From the NCBI GenBank assembly GCA_003208875.1, contig QCUR01000001.1, positions 1 through 64,000 of the forward strand: DNA of 64,000 nt. The letters are read 5' to 3'. The notes beneath the pieces were generated by a model. It worked only from the letters and a program-made list of their open reading frames with translations. It searched no databases and was not told where the DNA came from. Position numbers and translations under genes: made by a program. The DNA is from Prochlorococcus sp. AG-679-M23 (GTDB taxonomy: Bacteria > Cyanobacteriota > Cyanobacteriia > PCC-6307 > Cyanobiaceae). This document shows positions 1 to 11,938 of the stretch, piece by piece (positions within the stretch are counted from its first letter, which is position 1; each line of letters begins with the position of its first letter).

Positions 1-1
1 A

Positions 2-1036
2 GATGATACTGAAGTTAAATTAGGAGATTTTGATGATGATTTTACTTGGTCAGCAATGGTGTTGGCTGCGCAGGGTAAAAAAGTAAATGAAATATCAATT
101 GATGAAATAGATTGGTTGAGTAAATTACGAAGAGGATTAGAAGAAACAAGAAAAGGTTTTGTATCAGAATTATTAGATAAATTAGGAGATGATCCACTTA
201 CACCAGAATCTTTAGATGATTTAGAGACGTTATTAATAAGAGCTGATGTTGGTATTGATTCAACAGATAAAGTAATTAATGCACTTAGGAAAAAATTAAA
301 TGAAGAAGTTGTTGGAGGAGAAGAAGGAATAAAATTTTTAAAAGATGAATTACGAGCAATCATTGAAAAACCAATAAAAAATTCTGGAACAAATATTCTT
401 GTTCCACAGAAAGGGAAGTTGAATGTTTGGCTAATAGTGGGAGTAAATGGAGTTGGTAAAACAACAACTTTGGGGAAACTTGCTTATTTGTCATCAAAAA
501 GTAACTACAAAACTTTAATAGCAGCAGCAGATACTTTCAGAGCAGCAGCCGTAGAACAATTACAGGTATGGGGTGATAGAAGTAAAGTAGATGTTATTTC
601 GAATCAATCAAAGAATGCAGATCCAGCAGCAGTAGTTTTTGATGCTATTAACGCAGCAAACAAACGCAAAAGTGACCTATTACTCGTCGATACTGCAGGA
701 AGGTTACAAAATAAAAATAATCTTATGGATGAATTATCAAAAATAAAAAAAATTATTGACAAAAAAGTTCCTGATGCAATCATTGAGTCTTTATTAGTTT
801 TAGATGCTAGTCAAGGACAAAATGGATTAAAGCAGGCAAAAAGTTTTGCAAAATCTGCAAATTTAAGTGGTGCAATTATTACTAAATTAGATGGTACTTC
901 AAGAGGTGGCGTTTCTCTTGCTGTTTCTGCAGAAGTAAATCTGCCGATAAGATTTATCGGCGCTGGAGAGGGTATTAAAGATTTAAGACCATTTAATAGC
1001 TTTGAGTTTGTTGAGGCTTTGCTCGCTGATAGATAA
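2..1036 (+). CDS. ftsY: Signal recognition particle receptor FtsY (5' truncated by window edge)
   Basis: Frame is open from base 2. SRP GTPase motifs GVNGVGKTTT, DTFRAAA, DTAGR and TKLDGTSRGG. Confidence 0.95.
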   Translation, partial: DDTEVKLGDFDDDFTWSAMVLAAQGKKVNEISIDEIDWLSKLRRGLEETRKGFVSELLDKLGDDPLTPESLDDLETLLIRADVGIDSTDKVINALRKKLNEEVVGGEEGIKFLKDELRAIIEKPIKNSGTNILVPQKGKLNVWLIVGVNGVGKTTTLGKLAYLSSKSNYKTLIAAADTFRAAAVEQLQVWGDRSKVDVISNQSKNADPAAVVFDAINAANKRKSDLLLVDTAGRLQNKNNLMDELSKIKKIIDKKVPDAIIESLLVLDASQGQNGLKQAKSFAKSANLSGAIITKLDGTSRGGVSLAVSAEVNLPIRFIGAGEGIKDLRPFNSFEFVEALLADR

Positions 1037-1103
1037 AAATTTAATTAATTTTTTTTAAAAAGGTATTTTTAGTGTTAAAACATACCTATGGCTTCTATGT
1101 GTT

Positions 1104-2447
1104 TTGTCTAAAATCCGAAAAGAAAAATTATTGTCTAATGACGTTATTCAAGAATTTTTAGAGAAGGATTATAAATTTCCTCTTCATGAGAATGATAAAT
1201 TTCTAGAAACAGTATCTTCATTATCCTATTATTTAAAATCTTTTTCAAATATAAAAAGATTTCTTGATTATATTTCTTTAATTTTAAAACATACTTTTAA
1301 TCATCAATTAAGTTTTATTATTCCTTTGAACGAAAAGGGAGAAATATGGAAAGAAAATATTAAGTTTGCTGGTGCAACAAAAAATCTAAAAATGGATGAT
1401 GAAATTAAAAGTTATTTTAACAATTTTGATTTCTCTAAAAATTTTAAATTAAAAGATGATATTTCTTTTGAAAAAGTATTGAATAATCAATTTAAAGAAT
1501 GTGTAATTAAGTCTTATAAAGTTTTGTCACGAGGAAAATGTAGAGGATTTGTATACACCTTTAAAAAAGATACTTTCAATGATTCTTTAAAATATGAGTC
1601 CAATTTAAATTTTATTATTAGTTGTTTGGCAATTGGTTTAGAAAATTATTCGTTAATTAAAGCAAAAAAGAAGCATGAAAACGTAGATAGAGAAATTTCT
1701 ATTGGAGCAGAAATCCAATCGCAACTTTTACCCGATTATTGTCCAACCATTTATGGTGTAGATTTAGCTGCGCACTGTAGGCCAGCTCTTCAATTAGGAG
1801 GAGATTATTACGATTTCATGTCTTTGAAAACAAATATTTCTGAGAAGAGACGCGAAAAGGCAAGGTGGGCTTTAGTTATTGGAGACGTTATGGGGAAGGG
1901 CCTTCCAGCAGGTCTTTTGATGACTATGTTAAGAGGAATGCTAAGAGCGGAGGTTTTGACTGGGTTACCTCCAGATAGAATATTGCATGATTTAAATCAG
2001 TTAGCTATTTATGATTTAGATCAATCGCATAGATTTATAACCTTATTTTATTCTGATTATGACCCTAGAACAAAAAAATTAAGGTATGCAAATGCTGCAC
2101 ATAATCCTCCTTTGCTTTGGAAAAGTTCTGAGCAAAAAATTATTAAATTAGATTCAGAAGGTTTTGTTCTTGGTTTGCAAAATGATGCTGAATATCAATG
2201 TGGTCAAATACAACTTAATAAAAACGATGCAATTCTTTATTATACAGATGGAGTAACTGACACTTCTAATGCTTTAGGCGAAAGATTTGATGAAGAACGT
2301 TTAATTCAATCCTTTTCAAAATTATGTCAGCAATCACTTAAATCTAAGGATATTTTAAATAAGATTTATAAGATATTGGATGAGTTTACTGGTAAAAATA
2401 GACAATTGGAAGACGATGCTTCTATCGTAGTCTTTCAGTTAGATTAG
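1104..2447 (+). CDS. PP2C/SpoIIE-family (RsbU-like) protein phosphatase
   Basis: GGDYYDF, IGDVMGKG, YANAAHNPP, YTDGV and DDAS motifs. Confidence 0.9.
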   Translation: MSKIRKEKLLSNDVIQEFLEKDYKFPLHENDKFLETVSSLSYYLKSFSNIKRFLDYISLILKHTFNHQLSFIIPLNEKGEIWKENIKFAGATKNLKMDDEIKSYFNNFDFSKNFKLKDDISFEKVLNNQFKECVIKSYKVLSRGKCRGFVYTFKKDTFNDSLKYESNLNFIISCLAIGLENYSLIKAKKKHENVDREISIGAEIQSQLLPDYCPTIYGVDLAAHCRPALQLGGDYYDFMSLKTNISEKRREKARWALVIGDVMGKGLPAGLLMTMLRGMLRAEVLTGLPPDRILHDLNQLAIYDLDQSHRFITLFYSDYDPRTKKLRYANAAHNPPLLWKSSEQKIIKLDSEGFVLGLQNDAEYQCGQIQLNKNDAILYYTDGVTDTSNALGERFDEERLIQSFSKLCQQSLKSKDILNKIYKILDEFTGKNRQLEDDASIVVFQLD

Positions 2448-2505
2448 ATTTTTTGTCACATATATAAAATAATGCTTTATTAGAAGTAACTAACGTTTTA
2501 TTCAT

Positions 2506-3885
2506 ATGTCCAAAGTTTGGAGTAATAGGTTTGATGGTAGTCTGAATCCTTTTATTGAAGAGTTTAATGCTTCAATCAGTTTTGATAAAACACTAATTTT
2601 AGAAGATATAGAGTGTTCTATAGCTCATGCCAAAATGCTTGGTAAAACTAAGGTCTTGTCCACTGATGAGTCTTTAAAAATTATCGACGGTTTAGAAACT
2701 ATAAAAGAAGATTTTATTGAAGGCAAATTTTGCCCTGGGGCTCCATCGGAGGATATACACTATTGTATTGAAGAAAAATTAATTAATTTAATTGGTGAAA
2801 CGGGAAAAAAATTACATACAGGTAGAAGTAGAAATGATCAGGTAGGAACAGATATTAGATTATGGTTGAGAAAAAAAATTGATAATATTGATATCTTATT
2901 GGACGAATTACAAAATTCTTTATTTTCGATTGCTGAATCAAATATCTATACATTAATACCTGGTTATACTCATATGCAAAGAGCGCAACCACTATCTCTT
3001 GCTCATCATCTTTTAGCGTATCTTGAAATGTTTCAAAGAGACCGTGACAGGCTTAAAGAAGTTAGAGCTAGGGTTAATATTTCGCCCTTAGGCGCAGCAG
3101 CTTTAGCGGGTACTAAAATTAAAATAGATAGATATTTTACTGCTGAAGAATTAGGATTTGGAAATATTTATAAAAATAGTATTGATGCAGTAAGTGACAG
3201 AGATTTTTGTATTGAATTTGCTTCAAGTTCTGCTTTAATAATGTCTCATTTGAGTAGAATTTCCGAAGAAATAATTTTGTGGGTTACTGATGAGTTTTCT
3301 TTTGCAAAATTAACTGATAAGTGTGCGACTGGAAGTAGCTTAATGCCTCAGAAGAAGAATCCAGATGTACCTGAATTAATAAGGGGCAAAACGGGTCGAG
3401 TTTATGGACATCTTCAATCTTTATTAACCATGATAAAGGGAGTACCTCTTTCATATAATAAAGACTTCCAAGAGGATAAAGAGCCAATTTTTGACATAGT
3501 AGATACTATTTCTTCTTGCTTAAAAGCTATGACAATTTTATTAAATGAAGGAATAGAGTTTAATGTCGAAAAGTTAATGGATTCTGTTCATAATGATTTT
3601 TCTAATGCAACTGATTTAGCAGATTATCTAGTATTTAAGAAGGTTCCTTTCAGAGAGGCATATCAAGTGGTTGGAGATATTGTGAAGTATTGTTTAAGTA
3701 AAAACATATTATTTAAAGATTTAAAAATAGAAGAATTTCAAACATTTCATAATGAATTTAAAGAAGATATTTATGAAAACCTCAATCCTATGAACGTAGT
3801 CAAGTCTAGAAATAGTTTAGGTGGAACAGGATTCGATCAAGTCAAACTTGAATTAAATAACTGGAAGAAAAAATTATTCACCTAA
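2506..3885 (+). CDS. argH: Argininosuccinate lyase
   Basis: HTGRSRNDQ and the [12 protein letters not shown] signature. Confidence 0.97.
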   Translation: MSKVWSNRFDGSLNPFIEEFNASISFDKTLILEDIECSIAHAKMLGKTKVLSTDESLKIIDGLETIKEDFIEGKFCPGAPSEDIHYCIEEKLINLIGETGKKLHTGRSRNDQVGTDIRLWLRKKIDNIDILLDELQNSLFSIAESNIYTLIPGYTHMQRAQPLSLAHHLLAYLEMFQRDRDRLKEVRARVNISPLGAAALAGTKIKIDRYFTAEELGFGNIYKNSIDAVSDRDFCIEFASSSALIMSHLSRISEEIILWVTDEFSFAKLTDKCATGSSLMPQKKNPDVPELIRGKTGRVYGHLQSLLTMIKGVPLSYNKDFQEDKEPIFDIVDTISSCLKAMTILLNEGIEFNVEKLMDSVHNDFSNATDLADYLVFKKVPFREAYQVVGDIVKYCLSKNILFKDLKIEEFQTFHNEFKEDIYENLNPMNVVKSRNSLGGTGFDQVKLELNNWKKKLFT

Positions 3886-4001
3886 ATCTCAATTAATTTT
3901 CTACAACAAGGTATGTATTGAAGTAGAATAATATAGTAATGTATATGAACTACTTAATCGGTAGTTTTTATCTTGGTTATTATTTTAAAGTTGAGTTTCA
4001 A

Positions 4002-4472
4002 GTGAGTATTTTTGTTGGCAATTTGCCTTTCCGCGCAGAGCGAGAAGACATCTTAGAATTATTTACACCTTACGGTGAAGTTATGAATTGTTCTCTTCCC
4101 TTAGAAAGAGATACAGGTAGAAAAAGAGGTTTTGCTTTTGTCGAAATGGCGGATGAAGCATTAGAGACATCAGCTATTGATGGTCTTCAAGGAACTGAGC
4201 TTATGGGAAGGCCTTTAAGAATTAATAAAGCCGAGCCAAGAGGCGGCGGTGGAGGTCCACGCAGAGGTGGTGGTGGAGGTAGAGGCGGTTATGGCGGCGG
4301 CGGTAATTATTCTGAACCTGCTTCTTCTTACGTTAATAAATCTTCTGGAGCAGAAGGTTGGGAAGATAGAAGTTATGGAAATTCTTCCGAAAATTCTGAC
4401 TTTGAAAACGGCAGAAGTAGAAGAAAAAGAAGTGTTGCAAGCAATTCTGAAATATCTCAAGAAGGGAATTAA
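4002..4472 (+). CDS. rbp: RRM RNA-binding protein with Gly-rich tail
   Basis: RNP2 IFVGNL and RNP1 RGFAFVEM. Likely GTG start at 4002. Confidence 0.9.
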   Translation: MSIFVGNLPFRAEREDILELFTPYGEVMNCSLPLERDTGRKRGFAFVEMADEALETSAIDGLQGTELMGRPLRINKAEPRGGGGGPRRGGGGGRGGYGGGGNYSEPASSYVNKSSGAEGWEDRSYGNSSENSDFENGRSRRKRSVASNSEISQEGN

Positions 4473-5473
4473 AAACCCATTTGTTGTAATTCTGAAGCTT
4501 TTTTGCTTAAGTAATCAATACTTAATTCTTGTTTAATTGATTTGGTAGAAATTTCATTTCTCCAAACCTTTGCGTTTGGAATACCTTCTACAAGATTTAT
4601 AAGATGTTTACATACATCCCAAGTTTTGCCTCCATTTTTTAAATGTTTTTCAATATAAGGTACCAATGAAAAAATGATTTCTGAAGCTTTTTTGCTTTTA
4701 GGATTTTCACCATATATTTTTTGATCAATTGCAGACCACCTTAATGGATATTTGTAAGCTGATCTTCCTATCATTACACCATCTAAATCATTAAGTGCTT
4801 TTATGCATTGATCAATATTCGTAAAACCTCCATTTATTTCTATAATTAGCTTTGGATTATTTTTCTTTAATTTCCGAACCACATCATATTTAAGTGGTGG
4901 TATGGTTCTATTTTGCTTGGGATTTAGACCTTTTAAAATTGCTTTTCGTGCATGAACAGTAAATCTGTCTGCTCCAGCATTTGCAATTTCTTTTACGAAA
5001 CTATCTAATTTATCAAAACTATCTTCTTCATCAACGCCAATTCTATGTTTGATAGTAACGGGTAAACTACAATTATTTTTTAGTGATTCTATACATTTTG
5101 CTACTTTGGTAGGTTCTTTCATTAGTGAAGCACCAAAGTTTCCTGAACATACTCTGGGGCTTGGACATCCCACATTGAAGTTAATTTCATCGTATCCCCA
5201 ATCTTGAGCCATTTTTGCAGCCTCTTCAAGCATTTTTGGGTTGTCTCCTCCAAACTGAATTGATAATGGATGTTCTTCTGAATTAAAGTCTAAAAACCGC
5301 TCTTTTTTGTCTGTATAAATTAAACTCTGAGCTACTATCATTTCAGTATATAAGAGCGCTTTAGAACTTATTTTTCTAATTATCATCCTAAAGTGTTTGT
5401 CTGTACAATCCATCATTGGAGCAACACTTATTTTATGTAGATTGTTTATAGTATTAATCTGATAACTTTTCAT
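4469..5473 (-). CDS. dusA: tRNA-dihydrouridine synthase A
   Basis: SVAPMMD, NFNVGCPS, VHARKA and VMIGR motifs. Confidence 0.92.
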   Translation of the reverse strand: MKSYQINTINNLHKISVAPMMDCTDKHFRMIIRKISSKALLYTEMIVAQSLIYTDKKERFLDFNSEEHPLSIQFGGDNPKMLEEAAKMAQDWGYDEINFNVGCPSPRVCSGNFGASLMKEPTKVAKCIESLKNNCSLPVTIKHRIGVDEEDSFDKLDSFVKEIANAGADRFTVHARKAILKGLNPKQNRTIPPLKYDVVRKLKKNNPKLIIEINGGFTNIDQCIKALNDLDGVMIGRSAYKYPLRWSAIDQKIYGENPKSKKASEIIFSLVPYIEKHLKNGGKTWDVCKHLINLVEGIPNAKVWRNEISTKSIKQELSIDYLSKKASELQQMGF

Positions 5474-5500
5474 TAAATTCTATTCGATATATTTGAAAAT

Positions 5501-5995
5501 ATGAATCAATTTTTTTCTAGAAGATCTTTTATTTTAATTCCTGTCATGTCAATTTTGAAATTTATTCTTAAACCAAAGAAAGTATTAGCTGCATCTGCTG
5601 CTTCTGATGAAGACTGGAATTTATCAAAAGAGGATTGGAAAAACAAACTTAGTCCGGAATCTTATTATATTTTGCGTGAAGAGGGTACTGAAAGAGCATT
5701 TAGTAGTCAGCTAAATAATGAGAGGCGGAAAGGTATATTTTATTGTGCAGGCTGTAATCAACCTCTTTTTACTTCTGATACTAAATTTGATAGTGGTACT
5801 GGTTGGCCTAGCTTTTGGGATCCAATTCAAGGTTCTGTTGAAACGAAGGTAGATTTTAAATTAATTGTTCCAAGAACAGAATATCATTGCTCAAGATGCG
5901 GAGGTCATCAAGGTCATGTTTTTAATGACGGTCCTCTCCCAACAGGTAAAAGATATTGTAATAACGGTCTTGCTTTGAAGTTTATAGCCGAATAA
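5501..5995 (+). CDS. msrB: Methionine-R-sulfoxide reductase
   Basis: KFDSGTGWPSF, GHQGHVF and RYCNN. N-terminal SRRSF resembles a Tat signal. Confidence 0.95.
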   Translation: MNQFFSRRSFILIPVMSILKFILKPKKVLAASAASDEDWNLSKEDWKNKLSPESYYILREEGTERAFSSQLNNERRKGIFYCAGCNQPLFTSDTKFDSGTGWPSFWDPIQGSVETKVDFKLIVPRTEYHCSRCGGHQGHVFNDGPLPTGKRYCNNGLALKFIAE

Positions 5996-6071
5996 TTAAT
6001 TAGTGCGGCCTTCCGCAACTTGTTTTGTGCGTCAATTTCATTCACAATGGTTTTAATAAAAATTTAGGGTA

Positions 6072-6791
6072 ATGATTGAAAAACAATCAGATAATGTCGA
6101 AAATCTAGAAGATAATGTTTCTGAAGAGGTTAATAAAAATGAAGATTCTTCTGTGATTGAAAATCAAACCAGTGAAGACAAACAGACACTTGACGTAGAT
6201 GATGAAAATATTTACGCAGAAGATTTAAAAAATACCATAACCAATAATGACGCGAGATTAGAACAATTAGAAAAAGAGCATGAAACTTTAAAAAGTCAGT
6301 ATGTAAGAATTGCTGCCGATTTCGATAACTTTAGAAAAAGACAGTCTCGAGATCAAGATGATTTAAAAGTTCAACTCGTTTCCAAAGCTTTAACAGCAAT
6401 ATTACCGATTGTTGATAACTTTGAAAGAGCAAGACAACAACTAAAACCCGAAAGTGAAGAGGCTCAAACATTGCACAGAAGTTATCAAGGACTATATAAA
6501 CAATTAGTGGAAGTGTTAAAACAACAAGGAGTTTCTCCAATGAGGGTAGTTGCACAACAATTTGATCCTAAGTTACATGAAGCGGTTTTAAGGGAACCAA
6601 GTCAGGAGTTTCATGAGGATATAATTATTGAAGAATTACAGCGTGGATATCATTTAGAAGGTAAAGTGTTAAGACATGCATTAGTTAAAGTTTCAATGGG
6701 TCCTGGCCAACAAAATTCACAAGAGCCTGAAGAAAAGGATAAAGTTGAAGAAGATATTGATTCAGAGAATCCTGTCTCTGAAGAAAATTAA
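6072..6791 (+). CDS. grpE: Nucleotide exchange factor GrpE
   Basis: [18 protein letters not shown] and [10 protein letters not shown] motifs; lies upstream of dnaJ. Confidence 0.95.
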   Translation: MIEKQSDNVENLEDNVSEEVNKNEDSSVIENQTSEDKQTLDVDDENIYAEDLKNTITNNDARLEQLEKEHETLKSQYVRIAADFDNFRKRQSRDQDDLKVQLVSKALTAILPIVDNFERARQQLKPESEEAQTLHRSYQGLYKQLVEVLKQQGVSPMRVVAQQFDPKLHEAVLREPSQEFHEDIIIEELQRGYHLEGKVLRHALVKVSMGPGQQNSQEPEEKDKVEEDIDSENPVSEEN

Positions 6792-6822
6792 ATCCTTTTT
6801 ATGAATAGTTGAGTATTATTTA

Positions 6823-7947
6823 ATGGCCGACTTTTATCAAATACTTGGTGTTTCAAGAGATGCTGATGCTAATACTTTAAAGAGTGCTTATAGAAAGTTA
6901 GCAAGACAATATCACCCTGATGTTAATAAAGATCCAGGTGCTGAAGATAAATTCAAAGAGATAGGTAAGGCATATGAGGCTTTAGCTGATCCCGAAACTA
7001 GAGCTAGATACGATCAGTTTGGAGAGGCTGGAATAGGCGGAGCGGCTGGCATGCCGGATATGGGTGATATGGGCGGTTTTGGAGACTTGTTTGAAACTTT
7101 TTTTAATGGTTTTGGGGGACAATCTTCACAAGGAGGTAGATCACAAAGAAGGGGACCACAACAAGGTGATGACTTAAGATATGACTTAAATATAGACTTT
7201 AAAGATGCTATTTTTGGACAACAAAGAGAAATCAATATACCTCATTTAGAAACTTGTGAAGTATGTAGAGGCACCGGAGCAAAAAAAGGAACAGGTCCAA
7301 CAACTTGCACAACATGTGGCGGAAGTGGACAGGTTAGAAGGGCTACAAGAACTCCATTTGGTAATTTTACCCAAGTAGCAGAATGCCCAACTTGTAATGG
7401 TGTTGGACAAATAATTTCAGATCCATGCACAAGTTGTGGTGGTAATGGTGTGAAACAAGTTAGAAAAAAATTACGCATTAATATTCCTGCAGGAGTTGAT
7501 TCTGGAACTAAATTGAGAGTTTCTGGAGAGGGAAACGTTGGTCTAAAAGGCGGCCCGCCTGGAGATCTTTATGTCTTTATCAAAGTTAAAAATGACCTAA
7601 ATTTAAAAAGAGAAGGCATTAATATTTATTCAGAAATATCAGTAAGTTATCTTCAAGCTATCCTTGGTGATACTGTTGATATCATGACCGTTGATGGTAA
7701 GGTTAATTTAAAAATTCCAAGTGGGACCCAGCCAAATAGCACCTTATCTCTTGAGAATAAAGGAGTTCCTAGATTAGGAAATCCAGTTGCAAGAGGTAAT
7801 CATCAGGTTTTAGTAAAAGTTAAACTTCCAACTCGAATTACAGAAGATGAACGAAATCTTCTAGAGGATCTAGCTTCAAAATATACTGAACAGAATTCAA
7901 GTTTTAACAGTGGTTTATTTAGTAGGTTGTTCGGAAAGGATTCTTGA
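6823..7947 (+). CDS. dnaJ: Chaperone DnaJ
   Basis: J domain with HPD, a G/F-rich region and four CxxCxGxG repeats. Confidence 0.97.
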   Translation: MADFYQILGVSRDADANTLKSAYRKLARQYHPDVNKDPGAEDKFKEIGKAYEALADPETRARYDQFGEAGIGGAAGMPDMGDMGGFGDLFETFFNGFGGQSSQGGRSQRRGPQQGDDLRYDLNIDFKDAIFGQQREINIPHLETCEVCRGTGAKKGTGPTTCTTCGGSGQVRRATRTPFGNFTQVAECPTCNGVGQIISDPCTSCGGNGVKQVRKKLRINIPAGVDSGTKLRVSGEGNVGLKGGPPGDLYVFIKVKNDLNLKREGINIYSEISVSYLQAILGDTVDIMTVDGKVNLKIPSGTQPNSTLSLENKGVPRLGNPVARGNHQVLVKVKLPTRITEDERNLLEDLASKYTEQNSSFNSGLFSRLFGKDS

Positions 7948-8177
7948 AAAAAGTTTCAAAGTTATTGGATTTAGAATCGATTCCATGTCCTTTGAATGTT
8001 GTGAAATGTAAATTAGCGTTAGAGAAACTATCGTCAAATGAAATCTTGATAGTCCATTTAGATAAAGGAGAACCAGAAATCATGGTTAAAAAAGCTCTTA
8101 AAGAAATGAAATATTTTTTTAAAACTATAGAAGAAAATCAAAAAACAATAAAGTTCAAAATTTTGCATGAAAGTTAA
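7944..8177 (+). CDS. TusA/SirA-like sulfur carrier protein
   Basis: [11 protein letters not shown] (LD..CP) motif, 77 aa; overlaps dnaJ and rsgA. Confidence 0.75.
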   Translation: MKKVSKLLDLESIPCPLNVVKCKLALEKLSSNEILIVHLDKGEPEIMVKKALKEMKYFFKTIEENQKTIKFKILHES

Positions 8178-9084
8178 TAAAAAATTTAAGGGTCTTGTTA
8201 CGAAAAAATTTAATGAATTTTATTTGGTTGAATTAGATAAAGATGAGACCTCAGTTGGCAACAAAAAATTTTTATGCAAAATCAAGAAGTCTGTAAATTT
8301 TAGAAACCAATTTGTTTTCGTTGGCGATGAAGTTATTATTTATCAAATTGATTTACAAAGTAAAAGAGCAACGATAGAAAGTTTAGTCAAAAGGAATAAT
8401 CTTTTAGAAAGACCATCCGTTGCTAATATTTCAAATATATATGTCATTTGTTCTGTCGATGAGCCAAAACTAAATTTATCTCAAGTCAATAAGTTTTTAA
8501 TATCTTCTGAGCAACTAGGGGTAGAGGTTTCATTGGTGCTTACGAAATGTGATTTGATAACAGAAGAAAAACGACTTTCGTTAATTGAAAAATTTCACCA
8601 GTGGGGATATCAAGCAATTACTTTAAATTTAAATAATCCTGAAAATTTAAGAACTTTATTGATTGAGTTAAAGAAGAAAAAATGCTCAATATTTATGGGA
8701 CCATCTGGCGTTGGTAAAACTACTTTATTAAATATGATAATTCCAGGCCTTGAAAATAAAACTGCTCCCGTATCAAGCAAAATAAAACGTGGAAAAAATA
8801 CGACAAGAAATGTTGAGCTATTTTCTCTATCAAGTAAAAGCTACATTGTGGATACACCTGGTTTTAATATGCAAACACTTGAAATAGATATTCGCGAATT
8901 ATCTAATTTATATCCAGAAATTTATAAACAAGTAGTTAATGAAGGCATACATTGCAAGTTTCGTAATTGTCTACATGTAAATGATCAGGGTTGTAATTTA
9001 AATAAAAATTTCGAAAGATATACTTTCTATAAAGAAATGGTTGAATCATCTAAGAGTCATTATTGTCTAATCCAGGAAGATTAA
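8167..9084 (+). CDS. rsgA: Ribosome small subunit-dependent GTPase A
   Basis: Circularly permuted GTPase ([18 protein letters not shown]) plus a [10 protein letters not shown] zinc site. Confidence 0.93.
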   Translation: MKVNKKFKGLVTKKFNEFYLVELDKDETSVGNKKFLCKIKKSVNFRNQFVFVGDEVIIYQIDLQSKRATIESLVKRNNLLERPSVANISNIYVICSVDEPKLNLSQVNKFLISSEQLGVEVSLVLTKCDLITEEKRLSLIEKFHQWGYQAITLNLNNPENLRTLLIELKKKKCSIFMGPSGVGKTTLLNMIIPGLENKTAPVSSKIKRGKNTTRNVELFSLSSKSYIVDTPGFNMQTLEIDIRELSNLYPEIYKQVVNEGIHCKFRNCLHVNDQGCNLNKNFERYTFYKEMVESSKSHYCLIQED

Positions 9085-9400
9085 GATTTAAGCCACCAGT
9101 CAAGTCATTCATTCTCTCTTTCATTGTTGTAGTTGAACTTTCATGAGCTTTTTTGATAGCTTCTAATATATTTTTTTCTATTTCCTCTTTATTAGCAGTT
9201 GAAATATTTTCATTGACTTCAACTCTTAGAGGGACTTGGTTTCCGCTAATCCATACTTTTATCATTTCATCATCACTTTTACCTTCAATTTCCATGCTTT
9301 CAAGTTCATCCTGTAATTTTTGTGCATTTTGTTGAATTTCTTTAGCTTTTTTAAAAGCCTCTGTTAGTTGTCCAAAATTTGGAAGTCCAAAACCTGCCAT
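9050..9400 (-). CDS. YbaB/EbfC nucleoid-associated protein
   Basis: [26 protein letters not shown] pattern; 116 aa. Confidence 0.85.
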   Translation of the reverse strand: MAGFGLPNFGQLTEAFKKAKEIQQNAQKLQDELESMEIEGKSDDEMIKVWISGNQVPLRVEVNENISTANKEEIEKNILEAIKKAHESSTTTMKERMNDLTGGLNLNLPGLDNNDS

Positions 9401-9422
9401 TTTTATAAAAAAGTTTCTTTAA

Positions 9423-10313
9423 TTAAGGATAGTCAAAACCGATCATTCTTACTTCCGGTTCAAGAAAAATACCTTTTTTTTGTAGTACTTTTTGTTGAAT
9501 TACTGTTATTAAATCTAAAATATCTTTCGAATTAGCAGAAGAGTTATTTACTATAAAATTTCCATGCATAGTTGAAATTTCTGCGCCGCCTATTTTAAAA
9601 CCTTTTAATCCAAGTTCTTCAATTAATTTACCGGCATAATTATTAGTTGGATTTTTAAAAACGCTTCCAAAGCTAGGTAAATGGTAAGGCTGAGTATCGG
9701 TCTTTTTTTTAAGATTTTTCTGTGTAGTTTCTAATAATTGTTCAATATTTCCTTTTGGCTGAAATAGCAGTTTTGCGCTTATAATAATGAGATTATTTTG
9801 CTGAAAAGGACTGAATCTGTATTGAAAATTGATATCTTTTTTTTCAATTTCTGATATTTTTAGAGTTTTAGTATCAATTACTCGAACTGATAAAAGATTA
9901 TTTGCCAATGATAATTGTTTTGAACCTGCATTCATGCAAATAGAACCTCCAACTGTGCCTGGAATCCCCACAGTCCATTCACCGCCTTGCAATCCTTTTT
10001 TTGCAAGTATATTTGACATTGTTGGTAGCATTACCCCAGCTTCAACTTCTACAATTCCTGAATGAGATTCAATTTTGATAGAGCGCATTTTTTTGGTACA
10101 TATAGTTAGGCCTTTTAAGAAAATATTATTTATTAATAAATTTGAGCCGGCTCCTATTATTCGACATTTTTGATTATTTAAACGCGCCCAATTTATCAAA
10201 TTGATGAATTCATGAGTATTATTTGGTTTTGAAAAATATTCCGCAAATCCACCAACTTTTATAGTCGTATAATTAGAAAGGTTTATTTTCTCTTCAAAAG
10301 TAATATTGTTCAT
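9423..10313 (-). CDS. murB: UDP-N-acetylenolpyruvoylglucosamine reductase
   Basis: GAGSNLL, GIPGTVGG..MNAG, GSVFKNP and LEPEV motifs. Confidence 0.95.
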   Translation of the reverse strand: MNNITFEEKINLSNYTTIKVGGFAEYFSKPNNTHEFINLINWARLNNQKCRIIGAGSNLLINNIFLKGLTICTKKMRSIKIESHSGIVEVEAGVMLPTMSNILAKKGLQGGEWTVGIPGTVGGSICMNAGSKQLSLANNLLSVRVIDTKTLKISEIEKKDINFQYRFSPFQQNNLIIISAKLLFQPKGNIEQLLETTQKNLKKKTDTQPYHLPSFGSVFKNPTNNYAGKLIEELGLKGFKIGGAEISTMHGNFIVNNSSANSKDILDLITVIQQKVLQKKGIFLEPEVRMIGFDYP

Positions 10314-10320
10314 TAATTAT

Positions 10321-11742
10321 TTAATTATTAAAAGTATTTTTATTTTTTAAGATTGACCATAAGTTATGACAATCTCCAGCCCCCATATTTATAATAAAAT
10401 CATTTTTTTTGGTTAATTTAAAAAATTTTTCATTAATTTCATAATTATCTTTTAAACATGTAACATTCTTATTATTTTTATAAATAAGGTTAGCAATTAG
10501 TTGCGAGTCAATGTTGTCAATATTTTTTTCCCCAGCTCCAAATATATTTGTTATGTAGATAACATCTGCTTTTGATAGTTCTTTCACAAATTCATGAATA
10601 AATTGTTTTACTCTAGTAAATCTATGAGGTTGAAAAATAGCAATTAATCTTCCCCTTTCTAATCTACCACTACTATTTGTATCTTTAATAAATAACCTTG
10701 CCAAATCAATTGTTGCTTTAATTTCATTAGGATGATGTGCATAGTCATCATAAATTATTCGTTGATTTAGTTCACCTCTAAATTCAAATCTTTTTTTTGG
10801 TAATTTTAAAGATTCTGTATTTTTTTTAATTTCTTTAAAACTTACTCCAACCATCCTGCAGGCTGCTATTGCAGCAGTAATATTAGAAAGATTATGTAAT
10901 CCAGGAACTGGAATGTTTATAATATCAATGAATTTACCATGTTCATAATATTTACCAATGGTTTTGTCCTTATTTATAATATTTGGAATTAATGAATAAG
11001 CAATATTATTACTTTCTTTAATAGACCATTGATTTTTGGAAGTAAAATTATTTTTTGTAAATTCACAATCATAGTTAATCAATAATTCTTGAGAGTTAGA
11101 AGCAAATTTTTTAAATGATGATAGAACTTCATCGATATTTGAGTAATGGTCGCAATGATCAAAATCAATATTATTAATTATTCCAATATCTGAATTGTAA
11201 TTCTTAATTGTCCCATCAGATTCGTCAATTTCTGTTACTAAGTATTTTGTGTTTTCGATATGAGCATTGGAATCATATATTGGGATTATCCCACCAGTTA
11301 TTGAAGAGGAATCATGTGTGCATAATTCTAGTAATGTGGAAAGGAACGTACTTGTTGAGGTTTTCCCATGACTACCTGCTATTGATAATGATGTGTAAGA
11401 GTTCATTATCATCGCAAGAATTTCTGAACGATGTTTTATTGATAAATTATTTTTTTTGCAAACGCATAACTCCTCGTTTTCATCCTTAATCGCAGAGCTA
11501 ATCACACAATTGATTGTATGATCCTGAAATTTTGAAATCACAAAATCAATATTTTTTTTAATTTGAGAATCAAAAATTATTGCTCCTAATGTTTTTAAAC
11601 TTTTTGTTTCTTTGTTTTGAATTAAATCAGACCCAGAGACTGAGTATCCCTTTTTTATTAATGCCATAGCTATTGCAGACATTCCAATACCACCAATGCC
11701 AATAAAATGAAAATGATCTTTATGTCTTAATTTTTTATTCAA
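10321..11742 (-). CDS. murC: UDP-N-acetylmuramate--L-alanine ligase
   Basis: HFIGIGGIGMS, AGSHGKTST, DDYAHHP and FQPHRFTR motifs. Confidence 0.95.
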   Translation of the reverse strand: MNKKLRHKDHFHFIGIGGIGMSAIAMALIKKGYSVSGSDLIQNKETKSLKTLGAIIFDSQIKKNIDFVISKFQDHTINCVISSAIKDENEELCVCKKNNLSIKHRSEILAMIMNSYTSLSIAGSHGKTSTSTFLSTLLELCTHDSSSITGGIIPIYDSNAHIENTKYLVTEIDESDGTIKNYNSDIGIINNIDFDHCDHYSNIDEVLSSFKKFASNSQELLINYDCEFTKNNFTSKNQWSIKESNNIAYSLIPNIINKDKTIGKYYEHGKFIDIINIPVPGLHNLSNITAAIAACRMVGVSFKEIKKNTESLKLPKKRFEFRGELNQRIIYDDYAHHPNEIKATIDLARLFIKDTNSSGRLERGRLIAIFQPHRFTRVKQFIHEFVKELSKADVIYITNIFGAGEKNIDNIDSQLIANLIYKNNKNVTCLKDNYEINEKFFKLTKKNDFIINMGAGDCHNLWSILKNKNTFNN

Positions 11743-11938
11743 TTATCAGATTTAGACTTAAATCAAGATAACTTCTAAGTAATTAGAATGGCATTTAATT
11801 TTTACAAAAAATGTTGGTTTTTTTATGAATTAATACAAAAATAGAATTATTTGCTTAATAAATTAAAAAATACTTACGTTATTGCACAAAATTCTGTATG
11901 ATCAGCAACTTAGGTTAATCAATAAAAATTTTTTAATT

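Noticed and set aside
4240..4305. GGC/GGT-rich repeat tract
   Set aside because: It encodes the ordinary glycine-rich tail of the RRM protein.
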